64,000 bases of DNA from Cetorhinus maximus. Taxonomy: Eukaryota. The stretch spans positions 83,142,001 to 83,206,000 of the forward strand of contig NC_135892.1 of the NCBI RefSeq assembly GCF_964194155.1, written 5' to 3'. The position numbers and the translations under genes are program-made. The first letter of the stretch is position 1, and the number at the start of each line of letters is the position of its first letter. This document shows positions 1-12,589 of the stretch, piece after piece. The notes under the pieces are model-generated. The model was not told the origin of the DNA and ran no database searches. It saw only the letters and a list, made by a program, of their open reading frames with translations.

Positions 1-116
1 ACACTGGGATCTGTGGACACTCTCCCAAACCCAGTACACTGGGATCTGTGGACACTCTCCCAAACCCAGTACACTGGGATCTGTGGACACTGTCCCTGAG
101 CCAGTACACTGGGATC
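1..116. repeat. 35-bp minisatellite, about 3.3 units visible, cut by the window start
   Basis: Unit acactgggatctgtggacactctcccaaacccagt starts at 1, 36, 71 (variant) and 106 (partial). Confidence 0.95.
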
Positions 117-669
117 AGCAGGCTTGGCATACATTAAGCCAACTTGAGTCCAATCACTTAACAGTTTTTTTTCTGGCAAGCAACGTGGCTCAAAACTAGA
201 TTGAAGTTTGAGATTCAGGATATGTTGGTTTTACGCCAACCTGAAGAACTACACCCCCCCACCCGCCCCACCACCCCCCACAACCACGCCACCCCTAAAT
301 ATGACTAGAAACAAAGGAGGGTGTAAGATCCATTTGCACTATAGCCAAGGTTCAAGAATGCAAATGATGGGTTTAGACCAGAATAACAGGGTGAGCCCTG
401 AATTCCAACATTGACAACAGTAAAGCAGGGGTATCTTAGACTAGCAACCTAGAATGTATATTGCTGAGATATCAACGGTGAATTGTTGCATTTCATAGTG
501 CCAATAAGGTTATAACTAACTTTTGAATAGTCCCCTAAGTTTTTGTATTGTTCTTTATTTTGAAGGCTCTTTAGATTTCTCCTTTTCACACTATCTTCTG
601 TAAAATGAGGGGAAGGCTTTAAAATCTTACTTCCCAATAGGGATTTCCATCTTTTCTATTTATTCATTT

Positions 670-1080
670 GCTGGGGACAATGAAGATGAACAGCAGGCAA
701 CTCAGGAATTCAGATTTATAAGACAATACCGCAGGAGACTCAGACCTTCCTGCTGATAACTAGCCTCCTGCATGTGTATCTCTAATCATTCCTCAATATT
801 TCCATGGAGTTATCTATTACAAGGCCTTTGTATTGTGTGGGCATTTGCAGATGTTTCTTGAGTTACCTCTTGCTTCAGGATAGAAGGATCTCTGGCATAG
901 CCACAAAAGATGGCATTGAAATCTGCCATCATCTTTGAAATCTGTCACACACCTTCAGACAGTCTGCAGTGACTACATATGGTTCTGATGCTCCACAAGT
1001 GTTTGATCTCTTCCTGACAAGACCTCTACGATCATTGTCTGAATATTCAACAGCCACAATCTGACATGTCCTAAGCACCC
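670..1080 (+). mobile_element. Highly decayed Harbinger transposase N-terminal remnant (tentative)
   Basis: Weak resemblance by eye to the transposase N-termini at 24890-25010 and 54750-55050; no intact frame. Confidence 0.3.
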
Positions 1081-1109
1081 AGCCAAGTACATCAAGCTCC
1101 ACCGTTTTT

Positions 1110-1195
1110 AAATTCATTCACAGCTTCGCTGGCTGGGCCAGCATTTATTGCCCATCCATAGTTGCCCTTGAGAAGGTGGCGGTGAGCTGCCTCCA
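1110..1195 (-). mobile_element. 3' tail fragment of the tRNA-headed LINE/SINE family
   Basis: gccagcatttattgcccatcc...gcccttgagaaggtgg is the reverse complement of the LINE 3' end at 60600-60660. Confidence 0.85.
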
Positions 1196-1866
1196 ATACC
1201 TCATCCACTAGCTTCCTTGGGAGTTGTGAATCACCCTATGTTAATCCCTCATCCAGATTTTCTTATCATCCCACGTGAATCTATCTGGGCAGGGTAGCAC
1301 AAGGCTCACTGAATAGGCAGCAGTGTGAGGTATTAACCATTCTAATATTGGCCCTTCTCTTTCTCCACAGCACCATTCTTAGCTTCCAACTTCTGTAGAT
1401 ATAAGAAGAATGAGAAATGTAATGATATGCCTGCTATCCACTCGCTCCTTCTTGTTAGAAGCATGTAAGAGCCTCCTCAGAGTATGAGCCTTTAAAAAGG
1501 AAAAATAATTTATTTCCTCATCAACACAATCCAAACTATCTATGGGTGCAGGCCTGACCATGTTTCCATCCTCTCTAGCATTAGCTGAATGAGTTCCTAG
1601 GGTTTTCCACATTTCTTTCTTCAGGGGTCCAAGCAAATATCCCCTCCTGGTTTTCAGGCAAGGCTTACTTCCAGCTTTTGACCCACCTAGGCCTACCATG
1701 CATTGCTGACAATGTGCTGGGTCCTTCTGAGGATTAGGAGATGCTGGAACTCCTTTATGTTGGGAGCTCTCATTCCCACTAGCTGGGCAGCTGAAGCAGC
1801 AGTATGAAGTGCAACAGTATAAGGACAGTATCATAAAGAACACAATATGATCAGAAATGCAACAGT

Positions 1867-2212
1867 TAGGGTTGCCAAATGTGATTAAATGTATATCTGG
1901 AGATTTCATCATGCTTAGCCATTAGTCAGCCAACACATCCGTCCTTGTAATGCACTGCCTTCCTATGCCAGTTAGAAGCAAAAAGATTCATTGCCCAATT
2001 GGATGATGCTTGATTGTCAGCCAAACAGCCTTTGTCTCCCCCCGCCGCCCACCCACCCCCGTTTTCAATATTTTTATATCTGGTAAAGAGAAATGTTATG
2101 AAAATGACAAAAAGAATCTTTTTTAATGTCATGATAATTTTTGCACATTGTTTGGAGATTGAACTTCAATTCCTGGAGGCTCCAGGCCAATCCTGGAGGG
2201 TTGGCAACCCTA
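1867..2212. mobile_element. hAT-type non-autonomous DNA transposon (MITE)
   Basis: TIRs tagggttgccaa / ttggcaacccta; 8-bp TSD gcaacagt (1859-1866) / gcaacaat (2213-2220). An inverted relative lies at 39520. Confidence 0.88.
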
Positions 2213-3034
2213 GCAACAATGCAACCAATACACCAGAGCACTGGAGCATTCTCAGGAACAGCGCAGCAATTTGTGAAATACCAAAAGAAGCTACAACATG
2301 CAAAACAACATTGGGATATGATAAAAGTACAGCAGCACGAAGCAACATGAGAACAGTACAGAAACATAACAGCAATGCAACAATGTGAAGAAAAGGACAG
2401 GAGTACGAAGGATAATGCTAATCATCACGGCCATTCAGGTCAGGAGAACAGCATGTAGCGAGAACAAATTTAAGAATAACTAATGCTATATGACGCTAAT
2501 TGTATTACCGATTTGTTGAATTTATATTACCCTTTTCCAATGATCATGCATGTTGCATGAAGCATCATTGTTACATTATGTTGAATGGCAATGACTGTTA
2601 TAAAGGGACTCTCCCGTCCTATGGTTGCTTGTAGGTTTTGGCTACATGATTGAACGAAAAGAAAATGAAGCAGCCAAACTACTAGAGATGAAGAAAGAGT
2701 TTAAAAACTCTTTTACATTTGTGTTTTTGTCTTGCTGCTAGCAAGCACTTGCAACTGCAATTTACACAAAGAAAACCCACTGTATTAAAGCTGTGAAACC
2801 ACCAAGAGAAAAGCAACATGCTCATCTCACATCACCTATTCTATGGTACTTCCTGCTCAGTGTGAAAGACACCAGTGCTTGTCACAAGTCATTGACATTC
2901 TACAAATACGTTTCATGTAGTTATTAAAAAAAACTATTGCAAGTGTTTTTCCAATAAAATCAAGAGCGAGAGCAGTGGGCAACAGTTGATCAAACCACAA
3001 GCTTGGTCATTTTTCAATGATATTGATACTGCAG

Positions 3035-3165
3035 CAAAGAAAGAAAGAACTTGTTGCACCTTTCATGATATCAGGACACCCCAAAGCTTTTTGCAGCCTC
3101 TTTGAAGTGTAGTCACTGTTGTAATGTATGAAAGTACGGCAGACAATCTGCAGGCCCCAAAAGCA
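3035..3165 (-). mobile_element. 3' tail of a DeuSINE-type SINE
   Basis: Reverse complement of the tail seen at 18057-18145 and 40830-41000; ends in a (cttt)n-like repeat. Confidence 0.6.
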
Positions 3166-3293
3166 GCGAGGTGACTCACTTCGTGGGACTTGAAGCTAAC
3201 AGCTAAATACTCCCAAAATCTTCACACCATATCACATTGCAACGTTTGCTATATTAGAGATGATGTTGACTCTATTAAATGTTCAATAAATAA

Positions 3294-4228
3294 TGTTACG
3301 ACCAGGTGAGAAGGGGAGAACTGCCTCGCCTCTATTCAACCTCCTTGGTTGTGCACAAAGGTTTGAGTTTCTTTTTTATGAGGATATGCCTTTTTCAAAT
3401 CAGAAATGATTTAATTATTTAAGCTGTGATCAGTAAGGAGCCAATCAACCCATGTTTTCTTGAGTCAAAGAAAGAGTAAATTTATTCACCTCTAAACCCA
3501 AGAAAAATAATAAAAACGCAACGTCAATAGCATTCTGCCCTCATGCAGTCATTAAGGCACATACACACACACATACATGTATCAAAAATAAGGGGAATTA
3601 GAGTCCAATTTAAAAGAATATACGGTTAAGTATCCTTTGATTGTCCTTGAAGTGTATATTTTAAAATTGCGGCCGATTTAGGTTAGTGGTTCCTTGGATG
3701 CAGTCAGATGTAGAAGATGTTGCAATTATTATGAGATCTTGGTTCGCTGGTAGTTTTCTGGTAGAGTTGGCTTCTTGAACCGGGCAACACGCTAATTCTA
3801 AAAGAGAGAGGAGAGGGAGCCCTCAGCTTGTTCCCTGTGCTGAAGACTTTCTGGACACCGCCTGTGTCATTTGTAATCTCTCTCCAGTGGCTGGCAGCCT
3901 TGCCTTGAAATACTTAACCCATTGTGCATTTCCAAGAGGTTTAGGGTGGGTTTGTCTGTGGCAGCCATTGTATCGGTATCCAGCATTTTACATTTTTAAT
4001 GTGTCTTCCTGAGACATTTACAAGTTTTGATAGGTCTCTGGATCATAGGCTGTGTCTCTCTCTTTACACTCCCCTGAGGGTGATTTGTTGATTTCTCACC
4101 TACACCTTGGATTGTGGCCTTGCAATTTTAAGCAGTTTGCTCTGTCTCAGTTCAAATTGCAAAAGTTCCAGTCAGTTGAAAGTTGAAAAATCATATTTTC
4201 AAAAGTAAAGGTGCATAGCCTTATAACA
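3294..4228. mobile_element. Solo LTR, 935 bp (Gypsy/ERV-type)
   Basis: TG...CA termini (tgttacg...ttataaca) flanked by a perfect 4-bp TSD ataa (3290-3293 / 4229-4232). A minus-strand AATAAA lies near 3481. Confidence 0.8.
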
Positions 4229-4831
4229 ATAAAAATTCTGAAAAAAGATAATTAAGCACAACAGGCTTCTCTCTTTTTCTTTAAAATACAAGTCCATTTA
4301 TCCATCTTCTCAATACATATTTCCCTTTCCTAAAATTCATCTGACCTCCTCTTGACATCAATAGCTGAACTTTAAACAAAAAGTTGCAAAGATTTTTATC
4401 CTTGATTTATAATCTTGATTTTGATTTTGCCCTCTTGCCTTGCCTTATGTTTTTTTTGCAATATTTTGTTGAAGTACCAGGAAGCTGTCTTGGAAGAGTT
4501 GTTAAATCTGGTGGTAAGATGAAAGTGAATTTGTGTAGATACATTCCAATTACTGAATGTTGTAACTACCTTACCTTCTTAGCTTCCCAGTGACCAGTTA
4601 CTCTGCTTCGCACCACCTCACCACCACACCCCCCACCTCCCCCGCAACAACGTGGTCAATTCACACATGAATGTCCATGTCACTGAGCCCATTCTACTGC
4701 AAATGATGTATTGCCACAGCAAGTACTTGTGATAATTACGTAATAACCGGATAATCAAATTGAAACAATTCCACAATAATGTAAAACTTCAAAACAATCT
4801 AAGTGATCTGAAAAAAAGTAATGCTGTGGAC

Positions 4832-5545
4832 TTAAGACCATAAGACATAGGAGCAGAAATTAGGCCATTCGGCCCATCAAGTCTGCTCCACCATTCAATC
4901 ATGGCTGATAAGTTTCTCAACCCCATTCTCCCGTCTTCTCCCCGTAACCTTTGATCCCTTTACCAATCAAGAACCTATCTATCTCAGTCTTAAATACACT
5001 CAATGACCTGGCCTCCACAGCCTTCTGTGGCAATGAATTCCATAGATTCACCACTCTCTGGCTAAAGAAGTTTCTCCTCATCTCTGTTCTAAAAGACCTT
5101 CCCTTTACTCTGAGGCTGTGCCCTCGGATCCTAGTCTCTCCTACTAATGGAAGCATCTTCCCTACGTCCACTCTATCCAGGCCTTTCAGTATTCTGTAAG
5201 TTTCAATCAGATCCCCCCTCATCCTTCTAAACTCCATCGAGTATAGACCCAGAGTCCCTCAAACATTCCTCATACATTAAGCCTTTCATTCCTGGGATCG
5301 TTCTCGTGAACCTCCTCTGGACCCTCTCCAGGGCCAGAACATCCTTCCTGAGATACGGGGCCCAAAATTGCTCACAATATTCTAAATGTGGTCTGACCAG
5401 AGCCTTATAAAGCCTCGGCAGCACATCCCTGCTTTTATATTCTAGTCCTCTCGAAATAAATGCCAACATTGCATTTGCCTTCCTAACTACCGACTCAACC
5501 TGCAAGTTAACCTTAAGAGAATCCTGGACTAGGACTCCGAAGTCC
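4832..5545 (-). mobile_element. CR1 LINE, 5'-truncated (RT C-terminus plus 3' UTR)
   Basis: ORFs 5227-5583 and 4917-5237 carry LYKALVRPHLEYC and RGHSLRV...FFSQRVVNLWNSLP; (ccataaga) tail repeats. Confidence 0.93.
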
Positions 5546-5949
5546 CTAGGAATATCCAGCATGGACGCAAAGATGGATTGCACTTACTTTGATCACATTT
5601 AAATTCATTGGAACAAGCCATTCAGCACCTCAACCTGATTCTGTCATTCGATTAGATCATAACTGATCTGTATCTTGACTCCATTTACCCACTTACATCA
5701 AGCTGTACCTATCTACATCAATTTATCACCTATTACATCAATGAGAATAGGACTGCTGATGGATCTGACCATGGTGTATTTGGAATTTTCTCCCACTATT
5801 AAGAAAATACTATAAACACTCTGCAGGTCAATTGAAGGGTCCAGGCCAGCAGTGTTAACTTACCTGTTCTCTCCACAGCTGCTGATTCACCTGCTGAGTG
5901 TTTCCATCATGGTCACAGTCCCACGTCATTTGCTACTTTTATTAAGATC

Positions 5950-6620
5950 ATTCCATTGCTGTGACAGGGGCAGGGACCAGATTGGAGAGGTTCAAAGATG
6001 GAATTGGATGAAATATAGGCACAGTGACAACATTTTCAAAGACTTTGGAAAGGAAAGGAATTTTGAAGCAGTACCTTTACAAGAACAGAGAGGTCAAGTG
6101 TTGTGTTTTGCACCTCAGGGATATGCAGAGATGACACTCATAAGGTACAAATGTGTAAACAGGAGCTTTATTACAATGCTTCACAATATGTCTGCTGCTT
6201 CATGCTTACTGTTTGGTTTCAGTTTCTCTAACCACACACACAGGCTTGATGGACAGCATACAACCAAGTAAGCAGTCAACAGACAAACACAATCAAACAT
6301 CAAACAATTAAACAAAATATCAGGGATAGTTTTTTGAGGATGAGAATGATAGCTGATTTGAAAGGATGGTAATAGCACTTGAAAAGGAATTTATTACAAT
6401 GGCAGTTAACATGGGGACAAGGAAAGAGAGTTGGGTAGTCAGCAGTTTAGTGCAAGTAGGGTTGAGAGAACAGGAAGTGGGTTTCATGGAAGAGTTGAAC
6501 TTGAAGAGGGAATGAGGGAAGAGAGGAGAGAAAATAGAGAAAGATGCAAGTTCGAGGCTAGGACAGGGGGATTTTCCTACCAACACTCCTTGCTTCTGTG
6601 TGCTATGGTGTATAACCATG
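5950..6620 (-). mobile_element. Old L2-like LINE fragment
   Basis: Degenerate, purine-rich plus strand with L2 ORF2-like peptide traces; no intact ORF. Confidence 0.4.
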
Positions 6621-6639
6621 TGGCAATCCCTTTGCAATA

Positions 6640-8880
6640 GCTACTCACCTACTCTGCATCTAACCCAGTTGCAGTACCAATCTCTGTATTGACGTTTGGG
6701 AGTAATGGAGTGTATGACTGTGCCTCCTCAGAAAGATTTTACTTCTCTGTGGTGTCTTTGAGATGATCTAACTGCTGTGTAGGTCTCAGAGGAGAGACAA
6801 AAGGCATAATAGTTAGGATACTATTGGGAGGCTGCATAATTGCAGAAGGCATGTATCAAAATATAATTTGATATGGTGAAGCTGGCTGTGTTTTTCCAGT
6901 GTTTAATGAAGAGGTATAAGTAATTAACTGAGATCCTGATCAACTGAGCATCCACAGGTTTCTTCGCTTGCTGCTCCAGTTCACTTAGATTCCTACGGCT
7001 AGGTGGTCCTTCCCCAGCTCTGCTCCTCTCACAATTATTGTGTTCCAATTTGTCTTGCAAAAATGAAGGACAAGAGTTAGTGAGTGGCTACTGAAAAGGA
7101 GATTGCAAATATGTGGGGATTTCCTTTTATTCACTCATGAAATGTGAGCATCACTGGCTCGGCCAGCATATATTACCAATCCCTTACTGCCCTTGAGAGG
7201 GTGGTGGTGAGCTGCTTTCTTGAACTACTACAGCCCATGTAGTGTAGGTACACTGACAGTGATATTAGGGAGGGAATTCCAGGATTTTGACCCAGTGACA
7301 ATGAAGGAACAGCAATGTAGTTCCAAGTCAGGATGATGTGTGATTTGGAGGGGATCTTGCAGGTGGTAATGTTCCCCTGCATCCACTGCCCTTGTTCTTC
7401 TGGGCGGTTGCAGGTGGTAATGTTCCCCTGCATCCACTGCCCTTGTTCTTCTGGGCGGTAGAGGTCACGGGTTTGGAAGGTGCTGTCAAAGGAACCTTGA
7501 TGAGTTGCTTCAGTGCATTTTGTAGATGGTACACACTGCTGATACTGTGTGTCAGTGGTGGAAGGAGGGTGAATGTTCAAGGTGGTGCAGGTCAAGCGGG
7601 CTGCTTTGTCCTGGATAGTGTTAAGCTTCTTGAGTGCCGTTGAAGCTGCACTCATCCAGGCAAATGCAGAGTATTCCCTCATATTCCCGACTTGTGATTT
7701 GTAGATGGTGGACAGGCTTTGGGGAGTCAGGAGGTGAGTCACTCACTGCAGAATTCCCAGCCTTTGACCTGTTCTTGTAGCCACAATATTTATATGGCTA
7801 GTCCAGTTACATTTCTGAGCAATGTAACCTCCCAGGGTATTGATAGTGGGGGGTTTAGCGATGGTAATGCCACTGAATGTCAAGGGGCGATGGTTATATT
7901 CTCTCTTGATGGAGATGGTCATTGCTTGGCATTTTTGTGGCACAAATGTTACTTGCCACTTCTCAGCCCAAGCTTGAATGTTGTCCAGTTCTTCCTGAAT
8001 GTGGGCACGGGCTGCAGACTGCTTCCATATCTGGGCAGTTGCAAATTGTATTGAACATTGTGTAATCATCAGTGAACACCCCCATGTTTGACCTCATAAT
8101 GGAGGGAAAGTCATTGATGAAACAGATGAAGATGGTTGGTTATCTATAGAAGGGAGGAGGAGTATGATGTAAACAGGATGATGAGGTGTTGAATGGAAAG
8201 AAAATGTATGGTGTTTGATGTGAGCAAAAAAGTCTTGAGAAGCTGCAGATACTGAAAAGGCTACCAAGTGAGAAGAGAATGGCTGGTGGCAAAAGAGCAA
8301 GGAAGAGATGAATGTGTCTTTGGAATGAAAATGAAATATGGTTTATGGACCCTTGTGCATTATGGTGAAGAAGGTGATGGAGGGAAGGGAATTGTTGAGG
8401 GTGCCGTACATGTTCTAGACAGTGAAGGATATATAAAGAGCAATACTCACCTTTGTTACTCCAGTGAACTCATTGAAGCACTGCACTGCACTGTATCCAG
8501 GCTGACACTCCTGAAACTGATAGCTATTGCATTCTCTCTCCAAGTTTGGTGAACACTATTTGGTAGCCATCTCTCTGACATTGCAGGGAATAGGAGTTCC
8601 CTCTTTGTCCTCATCTCTTTCATGAGCACCTCCAGGGAGGCTTCAGAAGTCTTTGGTGTCTGCTTTCTATTCATTTCTCAGAAGGTTCTTCTACCACCAA
8701 CTTGCAAACAAAACAAACCACATGGGAATGCATTCTTGTTTTAAGAGGTGCATATCCACTTTAAATAGGTTTCTGCCTGACCTTTCAGGTATTGCACCAG
8801 GAAGTGGATGGACTTCTCATCAAGTCAGTGGAAATCCACCAGTCACATTATACTGAAGATCTGGAGTTAAAATACTCTAG
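6640..8880 (-). mobile_element. Decayed Harbinger remnant: intron-containing Myb/SANT gene with a LINE in its first intron
   Basis: Exon 1, about 8452-8674 (SEASLEVLMKEMRTKRELLFP...W...QC), ends at an aag|gtgagt donor. Exon 2, about 6930-7057 (QDKLEHNNCERSRAGEGP), matches QDKLAHSKRERSQTGGG at 15310-15370. Confidence 0.7.
7122..8140 (-). mobile_element. 5'-truncated copy of the tRNA-headed LINE family (RT C-terminus plus 3' end)
   Basis: IYKSQV..MREYSAFAWMSAASTALKKLNTIQDKAARL; collinear with 59800-60690. Confidence 0.92.
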
Positions 8881-8959
8881 GCCCTGTTCTTAGCTGCAGC
8901 AAGTGAGTTTTAAATTTATCTAGTTACCGACCCATACAAAACCCATGCAAGTGTTACTG

Positions 8960-9310
8960 TTACGGCCTTTGTCTCTAAGCTTTATGGGCTAGGATCAAGG
9001 TCCAAAGTTCAATTCTTAGACTGTGCTGAATTAGTTGATCTTAGCCAGTGCTATAGTTGACCTCACTCTGAAAGATTTCCACTCCTGATTGCTACCAAGC
9101 CATCCAAACTGAAACACTGAGTGAGCACATTACTCACCTTCATAACAATGTCATCCACAGTTGGTGCACGCATTCGCTCCCAAGACTCATTCATGAATAA
9201 TAGCTACTTGGGTAAAGTATCAGAAGGCGTCTATCGCCTTTACAAGTGCACCCCATGTGGGAGTCTATGCCCCCTGGTGAAGAGGTGAGAAAGTCGGGGA
9301 AGGAAAGGAA
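8960..9310 (+). mobile_element. Ancient SINE-like repeat (related pieces at about 38000-38200, 40020-40250 and 43630-43920)
   Basis: Shares the tagttgatct...agttgacctc segment with 40070-40120; strongly diverged. Confidence 0.45.
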
Positions 9311-10571
9311 GGCTCATCTCAAAGTAATAGGCCTGAAAATCCATTGTTCTCTTTTCATGCCAACTCTTATTTTCATGTGTACATGAATCAGAAGAAGATA
9401 AAATTATGTTATGTGGAATAATAATTAATTTTTCAGTTTAAGCACTGTACTGTGGCGACAATACCGAGAGAACGTTTCTGCCTCGGTTGGTGCAAGGGAT
9501 CCAAATTAACAAATTGATAATTAACCCAAGGTGCCATGCTAATTTTCCTATTTGGATTGTGTGTAAGTTAATTCATCTTCACTGGGTTTAGTAGTTCCCC
9601 AAATCAGTTCTTCAGAACTCACTTACGCAAACAAAAATATATTTCTTTTAAATAAGAAAGATGAGCATAAAACCAACATAAGTCATTGCAGATCTTTGAC
9701 CTTTAAAAGAGCTAATAACAAAACCATGCTGATGAATGCTAACAGACTCTATCTCATTTATCAACAGGCTTTACATTTTTTTTCCAATTTGCTCTCCTCT
9801 TTCTCATCATTGTTGGTATATGGGTCAAGAAATTTGGGGTCTTTCTGTTCCATGTGGCTCAATTTAACCACAGAATCATTTCATAAATTGAGAAATCACA
9901 TTAAATGTAGAATTCCACAAACTGAATGTGCAAATAGTCACTTCGGAAATCGCCATTACATTCTTTTTGTCACTCATTCAAAAAGTCATTGTAAAATACT
10001 GAACAAAAACCAACATCTCACACAAAGCGATTACTAAATTCTGCTGTTAACACCTGGCAGGGCTGAAATGTGGATTGACCGACAGAACCCAGAGGACAGA
10101 GGAAGATTTTCTGCCTGCAACAGGATTTTGTGTTTAATGTTATACTTGGATCAGGAAATTTACACAATAGGAGTGAACGGAAAGTGGTTTGGCTCCCTGA
10201 AATTCCATGCTTGGATCAGAGTTATTCTTGGATCAGGTACGTGTTTATCTGGAGCCAGGTGGAACATCATTTGCTCACCAGAATAAAAATTAGAACAAGA
10301 TTACAATCATCAGCACAACTAAAATCTCCTCAAAGCGGCTGAGCTTCCTTGTCTTCTCACCGTTATTTTGGGCATGGGCAACGGATTTTGTTGCACTTCT
10401 TGTTCAGTATTTATATATTTTTGGTCTATTTCTATTGGAGAACTGATTCTAGTAGAAATTATTCTGCAATGTAATGGGGTTTTTAATCTGGTTCTGAAAC
10501 CTGGTCTGTTTCTTTACGGATAGAAATTATGAATGTTACGTTACTAAAGTAGCTGCAAGAAAGCAGCAGCC

Positions 10572-10672
10572 CATAAGACCATAAGATGTAGGAGCAGAAG
10601 TAGGCCATTCGGCCCATCGAGTCCACACCACCATTCAATTAGATCATGGCTGATCTGATAATCCTCAACTCA
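10572..10672 (-). mobile_element. CR1 3' tail fragment
   Basis: ccataagaccataagatgtaggagcagaagtaggccattcggcccatc matches 4832-4910. Confidence 0.85.
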
Positions 10673-10728
10673 AGCCAAGCCCACTTTAATTTTCTGTCTG
10701 GAGATTGCTGAATGTAAAACCAGTAGTG

Positions 10729-10892
10729 AGGCGGTGGCGCAGTGGTATTGTCACTAGATTGGTAATCTAGAGACCAAGGGGAATGCTCTGGGGACCTGTG
10801 GTTCGAATCCTGCCATGGCAGATGGTGGAATTTGCCAACATGAAACCATTGTCGATTGTCGTGCAAAACCCACCTGGTTCAATCATGTCCTT
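10729..10892 (+). mobile_element. tRNA-derived SINE/LINE head forming the 5' part of a chimeric insertion
   Basis: A box tggcgcagtgg at 10735-10745 and B box ggttcgaatcc at 10800-10810; homologous to 28411, 46061 and 57546. Confidence 0.9.
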
Positions 10893-12340
10893 CTGCCAGG
10901 ATCAACTGGGGCAAATATTCTGGACTCCTGGTCGGTCCGTGGCAGGTGGACCCCCTACCCGAGGAGCTCAGGCCTTTCACCTGGAGCAGGACCAGCCTCC
11001 TCTACCTGGGGGTCCATCTCTTCCCTGCTGAGGAATCCTGGCTGGTGAACTGGCAGGAGCTGGAGACCAAAGTTACCGCTTGCCTATGGTGTTGGACAGG
11101 ACTGCTCTGAGTGCTGTCTTACCGGGGTTGAGTTCTGATCATAAACCAGCTGATTGCCCCCATGTTGTGGTACTGGCTGGTCACTTTGACCCTGCCCCTA
11201 GACTTTGTCACAAAAATCCAGAGAACGCTTGTAGACTTATTCTAGGACAAAAGGCTGCACTGGGTTGCTGCTGAGGTTCTGAGTCTCCTGCTTAGGGAAG
11301 GCGGTCAGGCGCTGGTGTGCCTACGCACCCAGGTGGCGACTTTCCGCCTTCAGGCCTTGCAGCGATACCTTTATGTTGAGTCCCCTCCGGGATGGTGTGT
11401 CCTGGCGACCTATTTCTTCCGCCAGGTGCACAGCCTGAATCATGACATGCAGCCCCTGTTTATAGACCTCAGGGGCCTTCGTGGCTCCTTGCAGGCGTTG
11501 CCCGTCTTTTACCAGGACCTGATCAAAGTCTGGAACATGATTGCCTCGTGACGCAGCTCTCCCCTGTCAGGAGTAGCAGCTATCATTAGCTGCTCAGGAA
11601 TCCGCCCCTCTGTCCTTTTCAGTGGCTGGCGGAGAGGAGGGCTGTGGCTGCCGGGGTGACCAGGATCGGGGTCGTGCTGGGTGGCAGAGGAGTGGGCTGG
11701 ATGCTTCCTCAGGAGCTGGCGCGTCGCGCGTCCGTGGACGTCTAGCTCACGGCCAATGCCATTCAAGACCTTAGGACGGTCGTTCTCAGCCCGGATGTCA
11801 TACTCGAGATGGAGCGTACCCCTGTTGGACGGAATTCCGCATTGGCCCCAAACCCTGAACCCTCCCTTGGGACCCGATGCCCCGCAACCTGAGTTGCCGC
11901 ATGGAAATGCCCTCCTTGTCCTTTAGCACAGCGCGGAGGGGTTTCCTGTACAGGTTGCTGCTGCACACCCTTCATTTCCTTGCCCTCGCCCGCAGCCCAG
12001 ACACACCCTGGCCAAGTTAGCCATTGACAGGTCCAGACAGCGGGCGATTGATGGGGTCGTCCGACCCGACTGTCTGCCCGTCTTCCGTGGCTACATTCGT
12101 GGCCGGATGTCCCTGGAGAGGGACCACGCAGTGTCTGCTGGCATCGTCAAGGCCTTCCGTGTTCAGTGGGCACCGCGGGGACTGGGGTGTTTTATTGACG
12201 CCCTTAATCACATTTTGATTTGATGTTTGTAAGTTTCCTTTAAATTTGTCTTTGGTTTTGCAGTTCCCTAATTTAGGGGCTGTGTTTATTTTGTCCCTCA
12301 TTTTGTTAATTTTGTTTAATTGGTTGACTCCAAAAAAGAG
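10893..12340 (+). mobile_element. Tx1/L1-clade LINE, 5'-truncated, degenerate ORF2
   Basis: SARINWGK...LLYLGVHL...NWQELETKV and ATFRLQALQRYLY peptides; T-rich 3' UTR ending caaaaaagag. Confidence 0.82.
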
Positions 12341-12589
12341 TTAAACCAGCAGTGTGGAGCTGGTGCCATCGCCCCCGAGGGAAAGGTGACTTGTGGCAGC
12401 TTACCTCACAAGGTTGGCCATATTTGTTTGTCACCAGTGGGACAGTGTAGGGAAGAACCAACCTGCTGTTGAGATTGTACTGCTGTTGCCAAAGTTGAGG
12501 TTACTATTAGCAGCAGCAGCTGACCTAAAACAACAAGCTTGTCTTTAATGTAGCCTTTTATATAGGGCAGAATTTTCCATGCCCGCTGG

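Noticed and set aside
1379-1912. 177-aa minus-strand ORF
   Set aside because: It starts inside the hAT MITE and has no recognisable domain; probably a chance ORF.
2500-2840. Possible LTR remnant
   Set aside because: No convincing termini, TSD or second copy.
10729-10820. Possible tRNA-Thr gene (also at 28411, 46061 and 57546)
   Set aside because: An extra hairpin in the variable region, no proper acceptor stem, and continuation into a SINE body mark these as retroelement heads.
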